Notes under the pieces: generated by a model
What the model was told of the DNA's origin: nothing
What the model saw: only the letters and a program-made list of their open reading frames with translations
Databases searched by the model: none
Part shown: one piece after another, positions 10,596-19,521 of the stretch
How the letters are laid out: each line of letters opens with the position of its first letter
Numbering within the stretch: position 1 is the stretch's first letter
Origin: Candidatus Kapaibacterium sp.
Lineage (GTDB): Bacteria > Bacteroidota > Ignavibacteria > Kapaibacteriales > UBA2268
Assembly (NCBI GenBank): GCA_963664875.1
Contig: OY761611.1
Span: 1,792,001-1,856,000 of the forward strand
Direction: 5' to 3'
Length of the DNA stretch: 64,000 bases
Position numbers and translations under genes: made by a program

Positions 10596-11224
10596 TATAG
10601 ATTTACCTTATATCTTTTTGCAAAGTAAACTACCACAAAATCTAATATTGATATTACTGATATTGGTAGTAAGTACATTAGAAGCAAAACCGGATGCTCT
10701 CTATCAATACCGGCATAGGAGCTTACTGCATTAATCAACTTGTAGAAATTTAATGTATAAATTCCATAAATAATGAACAGCCCAAAACAAATCGATAGAA
10801 CTTTTACATGACCAAGTTTTCTGTACTTCCACTTGCTCAATAAAAAAAGCATAAAATACATCATAATATAAGAGTGTATAGAGCCCTCTGTGGCATGCCA
10901 CACATTCCCGAAGTAGTCTGATCTCAATACTATCTGAAGCAGAATTGTAATTGAAGAAAGGATGTAAAAACTGATATACTTCGCCATCCATAAAGTATTA
11001 AAACTCACAGGTATAGACAAATTCAAATCTGAGTTTGAAAAATCTGAGTTTGAGCTTTTGCCAAAAATTTCGAAGTAAGGTGCAATCAGAATTAGCATAT
11101 AAAAATCAATAGCTGTACGCTCAAGGAATACAAGCTGATCAAGAGAGAATACTAGTATCATGCCCAAAATAAAAGCAGGGAGACCTGTTCTGCTTTTAAG
11201 GTAATGTAGAATAATCTGTAGCAT
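10595..11224 (-). CDS. ABC-2-type permease-like membrane protein
   Basis: SIPVSFNTLWMAKYISFY; REHPV shared with the next paralog. Confidence 0.65.
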   Translation of the reverse strand: MLQIILHYLKSRTGLPAFILGMILVFSLDQLVFLERTAIDFYMLILIAPYFEIFGKSSNSDFSNSDLNLSIPVSFNTLWMAKYISFYILSSITILLQIVLRSDYFGNVWHATEGSIHSYIMMYFMLFLLSKWKYRKLGHVKVLSICFGLFIIYGIYTLNFYKLINAVSSYAGIDREHPVLLLMYLLPISVISILDFVVVYFAKRYKVNL

Positions 11225-11856
11225 TATATTTTCACCATGTTATTCTTATTGAAATATGCTATCAAGTAATCAGATAGCGTTATTACTAATATGGGTATCA
11301 GAAACGATAATAGAATTACAGGATGCTCTCTTCCAAAACCTGTTTGCTGCATTAGCGTATCCATTAGCCACTTGAAATTCCAAAGATATACTGTAAAAAA
11401 GAGAAGCACACCAAAAATAACAGTCAAATATTTATAGCTTCCGGGTTTGAAAAGCATCCATTTCCCCATCAAAAAAAATATCAAATACATTATCATATAG
11501 CCTCTTACTGCTCTCTCTGTCTCCTTCCAAAAATCAATTTCAAAATATGAAATCATAAGTAGATGAATAGCAATTACTAATGCTGAAAGCACATAGAAAC
11601 TGATAATCTTTGCAGCCCAAATTTTATTAAATCCGAGAGGCAATCTCAAACCCAAGCCGGTATAGTCCTTATTTGCACCAAATGGCTTGGCGAACATATC
11701 CAAATATGGGAACATCAACACAACACTTATGGATGTAATTACTCCCACTTCTTCGAACACAATAAAGTCGAAAACAAACATAACAGCGATAGCCAGTAAA
11801 ATAACGGGAATACCGCCCCGATAGAACAAATAATGCTTAATAATCTGCCACATCAC
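11224..11856 (-). CDS. ABC-2-type permease-like membrane protein
   Basis: RLPLGFNKIWAAKIISFY; translationally coupled. Confidence 0.65.
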   Translation of the reverse strand: MMWQIIKHYLFYRGGIPVILLAIAVMFVFDFIVFEEVGVITSISVVLMFPYLDMFAKPFGANKDYTGLGLRLPLGFNKIWAAKIISFYVLSALVIAIHLLMISYFEIDFWKETERAVRGYMIMYLIFFLMGKWMLFKPGSYKYLTVIFGVLLFFTVYLWNFKWLMDTLMQQTGFGREHPVILLSFLIPILVITLSDYLIAYFNKNNMVKI

Positions 11857-12467
11857 GCCCTCGTTAATCTGTTTCTGTTTAGATAGGCTGCACCAAAGTC
11901 AAAAGCAGTAAAAACCAATAAAACTAAAAGGTTTATGGGTATTGCAGTTGCAGAGTTTTCTTCATTACTCAAGAGATTTGTTTTAAATAGTAGTACAAAA
12001 TAAGCTATACACAAAATCATATAAGCAAGATTAGGCAAGTTTACTACAGTATGCTTATCTCTTAACCATACTACTTTACCAATAAATGAGATGACGACAT
12101 ATATCATTCCATAAACCCAACTCAAAGCGGCAGCTCCTTCCTGAATATCATTACGTTCATGATACATAACGATAAAAATTACAACTGTAGCAAAGGCTAA
12201 ATAGATATAGAAACTGATAATTTTTGCGAAATACAACTTGGAAAAGCTAAGCGGCAAGTTCCGGGTGATACTGTCAATTTTTTCTTTTCTCCACATCCCG
12301 TCAAACATCAATAGATATGGCATCACCAATCCTGATGTGAGCAAGCCGAAACTCTTGGATATTTCATATCCTAATAGGTTCGAATAGACTAAGATAAATG
12401 CTAAGATTCCGGCAATGAGAATCAAGCCGTACCTATAGGTCATATAATATTTGATTACGTTTAGCAT
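11853..12467 (-). CDS. ABC-2-type permease-like membrane protein
   Basis: NLPLSFSKLYFAKIISFY; start MLNVIKYY at 12467, just after the ATPase stop, with GAGG RBS. Confidence 0.65.
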   Translation of the reverse strand: MLNVIKYYMTYRYGLILIAGILAFILVYSNLLGYEISKSFGLLTSGLVMPYLLMFDGMWRKEKIDSITRNLPLSFSKLYFAKIISFYIYLAFATVVIFIVMYHERNDIQEGAAALSWVYGMIYVVISFIGKVVWLRDKHTVVNLPNLAYMILCIAYFVLLFKTNLLSNEENSATAIPINLLVLLVFTAFDFGAAYLNRNRLTRA

Positions 12468-12469
12468 AA

Positions 12470-13327
12470 TTACCTCAATCGTATAAGTACGATTTCCTGA
12501 ATAGTCATATAGTGAGTATCGCGAATGCCTATATTGAGATTGGCGAGATGGCGCTTGCACTCTTCAAAATTATTTGTTGTTATAGTAAAGAAGTCGGTTT
12601 TGTCTTCCTGCTTTTGGATAAAAGGCTTGTCGTCCATGCGGTTTGTGATGTTTACATCAATCCTTCGCCAGTTTTCTATCATATCTTCTTTGTACTCGTT
12701 AGCCACTATTTTTCCGTTATCGAGCAAAGTAACCTTGTCAACCATTCTCTCAATCTCAGGAATAATATGAGTCGAATAAATAAGCGAGTGTTCTTCGTTT
12801 TCCATATACTCAAAAAGTAGCTCGGCAAAATCATCTCTTACTATCGGATCCAATCCGTCCATAGGCTCATCTAAAAGCAGAAGTTTAGGCTGCTTTGCCA
12901 GCTCGCCTGCGATAGATAGCTTCATCTTTTGCCCCTTCGACATCTGATGTATTTTGTCATCCAAATCGAGCCTGAGCACTTTCGCCACACGGTGACACAA
13001 ATCCCATGACCAAGTGGGATAAAACGAAGACAAAAACTTCAAATGCTTCATTGGCTTCACGTAGTAGAACTTCGGATTGCTGTCGATAAATCCTATTTGG
13101 CTTTTCCATTTTTCGTGGTCTTTTTTAGTATTATAGCCAAGCACCTCTATTTCGCCTCTGTCCTGCGACATCAGTCCGGCGAGGATATTCAGTGTAGTAG
13201 TTTTGCCGGCACCGTTTCTGCCGAGGTAAGCCATAGCCATACCTTTTTCGAGTTCCAAATCTATTGGGCCTAACTTGAATTTTGAAAAATCAAGAGAAGT
13301 GCCGCTAATTTTAAAAGAAAAATCCAT
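12470..13327 (-). CDS. ABC transporter ATP-binding protein (YtrB-like)
   Basis: GRNGAGKTT Walker A, MSKGQKMK signature, LLLLDEP Walker B, STH switch. Confidence 0.92.
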   Translation of the reverse strand: MDFSFKISGTSLDFSKFKLGPIDLELEKGMAMAYLGRNGAGKTTTLNILAGLMSQDRGEIEVLGYNTKKDHEKWKSQIGFIDSNPKFYYVKPMKHLKFLSSFYPTWSWDLCHRVAKVLRLDLDDKIHQMSKGQKMKLSIAGELAKQPKLLLLDEPMDGLDPIVRDDFAELLFEYMENEEHSLIYSTHIIPEIERMVDKVTLLDNGKIVANEYKEDMIENWRRIDVNITNRMDDKPFIQKQEDKTDFFTITTNNFEECKRHLANLNIGIRDTHYMTIQEIVLIRLR

Positions 13328-13701
13328 TATTTGCTCTCCAAAATCTTATTCAAAGTTTCCAAAATCTTTGATTTATTTATGCCCTCGCTTATAGCCTTAT
13401 CTATCAAAGGCGAGACAGCTGACTTAAAATCCGTCAGAGCCATAGACTCTTTTGAGTTTTCACTTATGCCACTGACAAAGTAACCTTTGCCTACCCGGGC
13501 ATAGATTAGCCCCTCTGCCTCTAAAGTTTCATAAGACTTTTTAACAGTGATGACACTGACCCGAAGCTCTTTTGCCAGCTTGCGAATAGACTGCAAAGCT
13601 TCGCCTTCGCCTATCTTTCCGGAAAGAATAAGCGAGCGAATCTGAGAGTATATCTGCCGATGAAGCGGCTCAGAAGAGCTTTCTGTTATATTTAAGTGCA
13701 T
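13327..13701 (-). CDS. GntR family (YtrA subfamily) transcriptional regulator
   Basis: PLHRQIYSQIRSLILSG...SIRKLAKELRVSVITVKKSY...GKGYFV wHTH with short C-terminus; ATG at 13701 follows AGGA. Confidence 0.9.
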   Translation of the reverse strand: MHLNITESSSEPLHRQIYSQIRSLILSGKIGEGEALQSIRKLAKELRVSVITVKKSYETLEAEGLIYARVGKGYFVSGISENSKESMALTDFKSAVSPLIDKAISEGINKSKILETLNKILESK

Positions 13702-13720
13702 AGATTTCCTATGTGTCATT

Positions 13721-13745
13721 ACTGTATATAGACAATATATACAGT
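13721..13745. promoter_or_regulatory. Putative YtrA-type operator
   Basis: Perfect 10-bp inverted repeat ACTGTATATA-N5-TATATACAGT immediately upstream of the gntR gene. Confidence 0.75.
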
Positions 13746-14071
13746 TGTCGAATTATTTCCAAAAATATTTTTGTAAAATTCAATTTTTTGTAGATTTAGC
13801 AAAAGTTGGATATTGGGAAGGAAGAGGCTGTTACATGAGTCAAAATTTGCATTGTACCTCTGAGACAGCTTCGAATAGGTAATGAAGACTTGGGAAATTT
13901 AAAGGCCAATTTAACTTGATTGTTTGAGATGTTATCTAACTAATATGCTTATAATATCCAGTAACGCTATATGTAGTTTTTATAGATTATATTGCACATA
14001 GCTTTAAATTCTTGACTTAAAATATAAAAAGTATATTCACTTCCTCCTAACACCTCAATCCAAGACTAAAT

Positions 14072-15700
14072 TTACATTTTCCTGTATTTTCCATCTTTTA
14101 ATTCCAATTGCAGATACCGGAGGTAGCTATCTTCCGCAAATTTCGTTTGATGCAAAAAATAATCTTTGTGAATTGGCAATTGCTCCAAATCGCCTCGGAG
14201 CACTTTGTGTGTGTTGAATATCTTTTGGAAGATAAAATTTATGATTTTACTATTCAGCAAATCGGCAAGCTGACTGTGAGTGATACCAGCGTCCTCGTGC
14301 AATATCAGCATATTGGCACTATTTAAAAAAAAGCTTTGCTTTCTGTCGCATACAAAAGACAGTTTCGAGGATATAAACTTATAAATCAGCTTCTCTTTAG
14401 CCTGATAAAGATGAATTGGAGCTACCTGTTGGTACAAGCTCAAATCTGCAGGTATGTAATTGGAAGCATTTTTCAAACCACCTTCGCTTATGTCTGCCCC
14501 TTTGTAAACAGGGATATAACCCGCTTGGTTTTCTGACTGTAAAAATTTAGAGTTACTTCCAGTTACAATACCCATGCCCCATTCGGCTCTACTTTGCAAA
14601 GTAATATGCGGCTGATTGTAAATGTGTTCAATGATTTTACTATCCTCGACAGAACAGAAAAAATTAAAGATAGCCTTAGGATTTTGTTTGAAAGATTCGC
14701 GTTCCCTAAAGTGCGAATAATCTGCTCCTTCGCAGAGAATATCATGCTTTTCTTTTGAGCATTTTTGCAGAGTGATTGCCTGAGCTTTTGTAATCAGCCC
14801 GCCAAAACATTTCCCATAATCTTTCATTTTCAATATTTTATTCTGCAATGCTTTGTTGCGGGCGTCTTCAAATATTTGAATATTGAAAAAAGCTTCCTGC
14901 AGTAAAAATCCTAAATACCCACCCTCTTTCAATGACTTTATCGCTGCAAAGAAAAACAGGGAACTCGTGTCATTGCTTTTTCCGGAAGCAAAATAATTAG
15001 ATAATTGTACTTTGCTTTCTGCATCAATCTTTTTTCCCCATGGCGGATTGGTAAAAATCAAATCGAACTGCAAATCTGTCTGAGTTATATGCTTCAAAAA
15101 ATCAGCATTTTGTATATTTTTACATTCTTTCCCGGTTTTTTCCAATATTCTTTGTTTGGCTATAGCTACTGCCACCGGATCGGTATCAAATCCGTAAATA
15201 TTATCAGGAGAAATTCCCAATTCTAATGCTCTCATTAGAAAATTGCCGGAACCACAGCAAGGATCGCAAAATGTCAGTGCTGAGAAATCGGGCAAAAGCT
15301 CAACGCTTAACATATCTTCTACAACATCAAAAGGAGTGTAATAAATGCCTTCTTTATTGCGAAAAGAGTCCGAAAGTTCATTTTCGTATTCCGAACCTAA
15401 TATTTCCAAATCTGACTCGCCTCTTTTCAGCCTTGCAGTAATGGCTTGGGCAAGTAGATTTTGATTGTGCTTGTCCTTGACTGATTTGTTAGCTCTGTTG
15501 TTGAGTTTATAAGTCCCTGCTACTTCATGCAGAAATTTCTCAAGAGAAACTGCACACACCATTCCTTTGGAAGTCTGAACCAAATACTTCGTTTTGATCC
15601 AATTACGGATAGTGGCTACTGAGACTTTAGCCTGCTTGGCTGCTTCTTTAATAGGTATTTCCGTGACCTTGGGATTGATAGAATTTTTCGCAGGTTGCAT
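14072..15700 (-). CDS. N6-adenine DNA methyltransferase (gamma class, TaqI-like C-terminus) with N-terminal HTH; M.VspI/HP0478-like
   Basis: GIYYTP, FCDPCCGSGNF (SAM binding), FTNPPW (catalytic); N-terminal IKEAAKQAKVSVATIRNWIK HTH; layout recalls Helicobacter ATTAAT methylases (from memory). Confidence 0.85.
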   Translation of the reverse strand: MQPAKNSINPKVTEIPIKEAAKQAKVSVATIRNWIKTKYLVQTSKGMVCAVSLEKFLHEVAGTYKLNNRANKSVKDKHNQNLLAQAITARLKRGESDLEILGSEYENELSDSFRNKEGIYYTPFDVVEDMLSVELLPDFSALTFCDPCCGSGNFLMRALELGISPDNIYGFDTDPVAVAIAKQRILEKTGKECKNIQNADFLKHITQTDLQFDLIFTNPPWGKKIDAESKVQLSNYFASGKSNDTSSLFFFAAIKSLKEGGYLGFLLQEAFFNIQIFEDARNKALQNKILKMKDYGKCFGGLITKAQAITLQKCSKEKHDILCEGADYSHFRERESFKQNPKAIFNFFCSVEDSKIIEHIYNQPHITLQSRAEWGMGIVTGSNSKFLQSENQAGYIPVYKGADISEGGLKNASNYIPADLSLYQQVAPIHLYQAKEKLIYKFISSKLSFVCDRKQSFFLNSANMLILHEDAGITHSQLADLLNSKIINFIFQKIFNTHKVLRGDLEQLPIHKDYFLHQTKFAEDSYLRYLQLELKDGKYRKM

Positions 15701-15963
15701 GAATAATTTGATTTAGTATTTAAGTAGGCAGTTTTTATATCTAATGATAGTCCAAATTTACATACCATAGCCTCAAAATACAACATAATAATCTCTGTGA
15801 TAAGAAAGCAAGAGCAAAAGAATACCTTAACCTCATCAAAATCTGTCAGTTTTGCAGACTGTATTGCAATTATGTCAGACTTCGAGATGCCGTTTTGACA
15901 TACATAAAAAATCTAAACGCCATTTTGGCACGCCACTACGCCATATTGACGTGTTTTTAGTTT

Positions 15964-15977
15964 TGGCACGGTTTTGC
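15964..15977 (+). promoter_or_regulatory. Sigma54-like (-24/-12) motif upstream of the Hsp20 cluster
   Basis: TGGCACGGTTTTGC; GG-to-GC spacing is 9 nt, one short of canonical. Confidence 0.4.
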
Positions 15978-16046
15978 TAATAAGTTATTATGTAAGCGAA
16001 ATTGACACAACAAAAAAGCAAAAAATATATCAAAGGAGATTTGAAA

Positions 16047-16484
16047 ATGACAATGATTAAATTCGACCCGGTTAGACATTTTGAGAATATGACTCGCAAA
16101 ATGCAACACATAGCCAACGAGGCTGAAAAAGGTTTTGTATTCGAAAAAGGTGGTTTCAATCCGAGAGTTGACATCACTGAATACGACAACAAAGTAGTGG
16201 TCTATGCGGAAGTGCCCGGTTTGGCAAAAGAAGACGTTAAAGTATCGGTAAACGAAGAAAGAATTTTGACTATCAAAGGCGAAAAAAAGAAACCAGAGCT
16301 TGCTGAAGGCGAATCGCTCATCCGCATGGAACGCTCTTTTGGTGAATTCTCCAGATCATTTATGCTCCCTGAAGATATTGATTTGGAAAACATCAAGGCT
16401 TCTTTCAAACATGGTCTGTTAGAATTGACTTTGAGCAAAAAAGAACCCGAAGAGCCAAAAGAGATTAATATCACAATCGAATAG
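16047..16484 (+). CDS. Small heat-shock protein, Hsp20/alpha-crystallin family
   Basis: PRVDITE, AEVPGLAKEDVKV, ERSFGEFSRSFMLP, ASFKHGLLEL; AAGGAG RBS before ATG at 16047. Confidence 0.95.
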   Translation: MTMIKFDPVRHFENMTRKMQHIANEAEKGFVFEKGGFNPRVDITEYDNKVVVYAEVPGLAKEDVKVSVNEERILTIKGEKKKPELAEGESLIRMERSFGEFSRSFMLPEDIDLENIKASFKHGLLELTLSKKEPEEPKEINITIE

Positions 16485-16671
16485 TTTAAATAAGAGAGTC
16501 CGGTGTTTGACAGACAACCCCATAGCAAAGACATTAGACAGATGTAGCTCGTTTTCATAGCACCAGTATATTAAAAGAAACAGAATGACAGTATATCGGC
16601 ATCGGACTCTTCTTTAACAAAAAGTATTAAAGAAAATAAAAAAAAGCAAAAAATAAAAAGGAGATATAAAA

Positions 16672-17121
16672 ATGGCAGTAGTAAGATTTGATCCTTTCAG
16701 AGGATTTGAAAGAATAAATAAGAGAATGGGGCAATTTGTTGACGAAATGGAAAAAGGTTTTAGAGTAGAGTATGGATCATTTGCCCCCACGATTGACATA
16801 GTTGAAGACGAAAAAACTTTGAAGCTCTTCGCGGAGCTTCCCGGTATTCCGAAAGAGCAGGTCAAAATCACTGTAAACGAAGACAAAGTGCTTATAATCA
16901 AAGGCGAAAAGAAAAGATGCGAGGAAGAAACTGACGAATGCAAGGAAAAAGCTTATATCAGAGCAGAAAGAAGTTTTGGTGAGTTTTCCCGCTCTTTCCA
17001 GCTACCGGAAAATATCAATACCGACTCAATCAATGCTAAATTCGAAAATGGTGTGCTAAGCATATCTTTGAGTAAAAAAGAGCCGGTAAAACCAAAAGAA
17101 GTTGAAGTAACGATAGACTAA
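16672..17121 (+). CDS. Small heat-shock protein, Hsp20 family
   Basis: AELPG, ERSFGEFSRSFQLP, AKFENGVL; AGGAG RBS. Confidence 0.95.
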   Translation: MAVVRFDPFRGFERINKRMGQFVDEMEKGFRVEYGSFAPTIDIVEDEKTLKLFAELPGIPKEQVKITVNEDKVLIIKGEKKRCEEETDECKEKAYIRAERSFGEFSRSFQLPENINTDSINAKFENGVLSISLSKKEPVKPKEVEVTID

Positions 17122-17244
17122 AATTGAATTGATTGTATTTTGTTCAGGTCTCGAACAACAGCAAGGAATAAAGAATCTTAAGTTTTTTACCCAAAAACAA
17201 ATTGACCAAATAGTAATGTTCAACAACCTAATCGGAGGTGTATT

Positions 17245-17697
17245 GTGACTTTAGTAAAATATGATCCGTTTACCGGTGTAGATGGCTTAATCCGCAGAAT
17301 GGACAGATGGATGGATGGCTTTAACAGAAGAAGCATGGTGTTTAATACATCAGCATGGATGCCTAAAATTGACGTACACGAAGAGGCAGATAGATTTTGG
17401 ATTTCTGCGGAACTACCCGGCATAGCAAAAGAAGACGTTAAGGTAAAAGTAAACGACGACAATATGCTTATCATCTCCGGCGAAAAGAGAAGCGTATTTG
17501 AGGAAAATGATGAAAAAGATGATAAGCGTCTGATTCGCTCTGAAAGATCTTACGGCAGTTTCACGCGCTCATTCATTTTGCCTGACAATGTTGATAAAGA
17601 CAGCATCAAAGCAAAATATGAAAACGGCGTGTTGAATATGGAAATATTGAAGAAAGAACCGGAAAAACCAAGCGAAACAGAAATAACTATAGACTAA
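17245..17697 (+). CDS. Small heat-shock protein, Hsp20 family
   Basis: GTG start after GGAGG; AELPG, ERSYGSFTRSFILP, AKYENGVL. Confidence 0.95.
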   Translation: MTLVKYDPFTGVDGLIRRMDRWMDGFNRRSMVFNTSAWMPKIDVHEEADRFWISAELPGIAKEDVKVKVNDDNMLIISGEKRSVFEENDEKDDKRLIRSERSYGSFTRSFILPDNVDKDSIKAKYENGVLNMEILKKEPEKPSETEITID

Positions 17698-17782
17698 ATT
17701 TTCCGACCTTTTAGCACAAGACGCAATGGAAATGGTATTTAAAAAAGGAAAGTCGTACACTTTAGGTGTTCGGGAAATTATC

Positions 17783-17818
17783 AAAAGAGACTCCACTCTA
17801 CCCTCGGAGTCTCTTTTT
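17783..17818 (+). terminator. Intrinsic terminator after the Hsp20 cluster
   Basis: AAAAGAGACTCC...GGAGTCTCTTTTT. Confidence 0.8.
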
Positions 17819-18108
17819 ATTTTATTGTAGTGCCACAAGCTGAACTGTAGCAAAAAAAATATTATAAGACAATATTAGTCCTATTTTTATTCGTTTTATT
17901 TCGTATATTTGTTCTGCAATCTATCTTGCTATATAGCAATTAGTTAGAGCTAAGTTTTGTAGAATAGATATGATTTATCCTTTAAACCTTGTTAATTAGG
18001 TAGTTTTTCTTACTCAAAAAAGGATAAATCAATCGTCTTTGCAAAATAGAATGCTTAGTTTTGCGTAAAGCAATTTGCTTTCTCTTTACTTTTTATTTTC
18101 TTGGGAAC

Positions 18109-19512
18109 ATGATGTACGATAATATTATTTCTGAGTCGCAGATATTTGAGCTTCTTAGTCATGCTCAAAAACCTGATAATAAGCAAATAGATGATATTTT
18201 GATTAAAGCTAAAGAGCTTAAAGGGCTTTCAAAAGAAGATGTAGCCGTCCTTCTTAATATAGAAGATAATGATACACTCCAAAAGCTATATGAGACTGCA
18301 CTATACATAAAAGAAGAAATTTACGGCAATCGCCTCGTGCTTTTTGCTCCGCTTTATGTCTCTAATCATTGTGCAAATAACTGCTTATATTGCGGTTTCA
18401 GAGCTGCTAATAAAGAAATACACCGTCACACCTTGACGTTGGATCAGGTAAAAGAGGAAACTCTTGAGCTATTGAAGCAGGGACATAAGCGCGCTCTTAT
18501 GCTTATTGGCGAAGGACACAAAAGCTGTACGTTTGACTACTTCCTCGAAACAATCGACGCTGTTTATAGTGTTAGAGATGACAAAGGAAGCAGCATCAGA
18601 CGTGTCAATGTGGAAATTGCTCCGCTCACTGACGAAGAATTCCAAAAACTTAGAAATGTAAAAATTGGTACTTATACTGTTTTTCAGGAAACTTACCACA
18701 GAGAAACATATAAACAAATGCACCCGAGCGGCAAAAAGTCTGATTATGACTGGCGTATCGAAGTTATGCACCGTGCATTGAAAAACGGAATGCACGATGT
18801 CGGAATCGGCGCTTTGTTCGGATTGTATGACTATAAATTTGAAGTAATGGCTCTTATCCAACATGCTGAATCTTTGGATAAGGAATTTAACGTTGGCCCT
18901 CACACGATCTCTATCCCGAGGATCAAACCAGCTTCCAATGCACCGGCAGCATTGCATATACCTCATCAGGTTAGCGACAGAGATTTTAAAAAGCTCGTCG
19001 CTGTGCTTAGGCTTGCTGTCCCTTATACCGGTATGATTTTATCAACTCGCGAACCAATGTCTCTTAGAACTGAGCTATTCGATTTGGGTATATCTCAAAT
19101 AAGTGCCGGCTCTAAGACTAATCCGGGTGGATATAAGCAGGCGATGAACGAGCACGAAGAAGATGCTTCTCAGTTCTGCCTAAACGATGCACGCACTTCC
19201 GGTGAAATTATACATGATGTAATTAAAATGGGGCACGTTCCTTCTTTCTGTACCGGTTGTTACCGCAAAGAAAGAGTGGGAGCTGACTTTATGGACTTGG
19301 CAAAACCGGGACTTATCAAGTTGCACTGCCTTCCAAACGGGCTAACTACGCTAAAAGAATATCTCGAAGATTACGCAACTCCTGAAACTAAGGCTCTAGG
19401 CGAAGCTCTGATAGAAAAGGAAATAATGAATATTCCTGCTGAAAACGTTAGAGAAAGAACTCGGGAATTCTTAAGCAAAATCGAAAAAGGCGAAAGAGAT
19501 TTATACTTCTAA
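18109..19512 (+). CDS. hydG: [FeFe]-hydrogenase H-cluster radical SAM maturase HydG
   Basis: FAPLYVSNHCANNCLYC, FQETYH, GPHTISIPRI, and C-terminal SFCTGCYR...C auxiliary cluster motif, which separates it from ThiH. Confidence 0.92.
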   Translation: MMYDNIISESQIFELLSHAQKPDNKQIDDILIKAKELKGLSKEDVAVLLNIEDNDTLQKLYETALYIKEEIYGNRLVLFAPLYVSNHCANNCLYCGFRAANKEIHRHTLTLDQVKEETLELLKQGHKRALMLIGEGHKSCTFDYFLETIDAVYSVRDDKGSSIRRVNVEIAPLTDEEFQKLRNVKIGTYTVFQETYHRETYKQMHPSGKKSDYDWRIEVMHRALKNGMHDVGIGALFGLYDYKFEVMALIQHAESLDKEFNVGPHTISIPRIKPASNAPAALHIPHQVSDRDFKKLVAVLRLAVPYTGMILSTREPMSLRTELFDLGISQISAGSKTNPGGYKQAMNEHEEDASQFCLNDARTSGEIIHDVIKMGHVPSFCTGCYRKERVGADFMDLAKPGLIKLHCLPNGLTTLKEYLEDYATPETKALGEALIEKEIMNIPAENVRERTREFLSKIEKGERDLYF

Positions 19513-19521
19513 GGAAAAAAA

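Noticed and set aside
13824-13872. Possible IS/MITE end remnant (GAGGCTGT...ACAGCTTC)
   Set aside because: Short and imperfect; no transposase or target duplication
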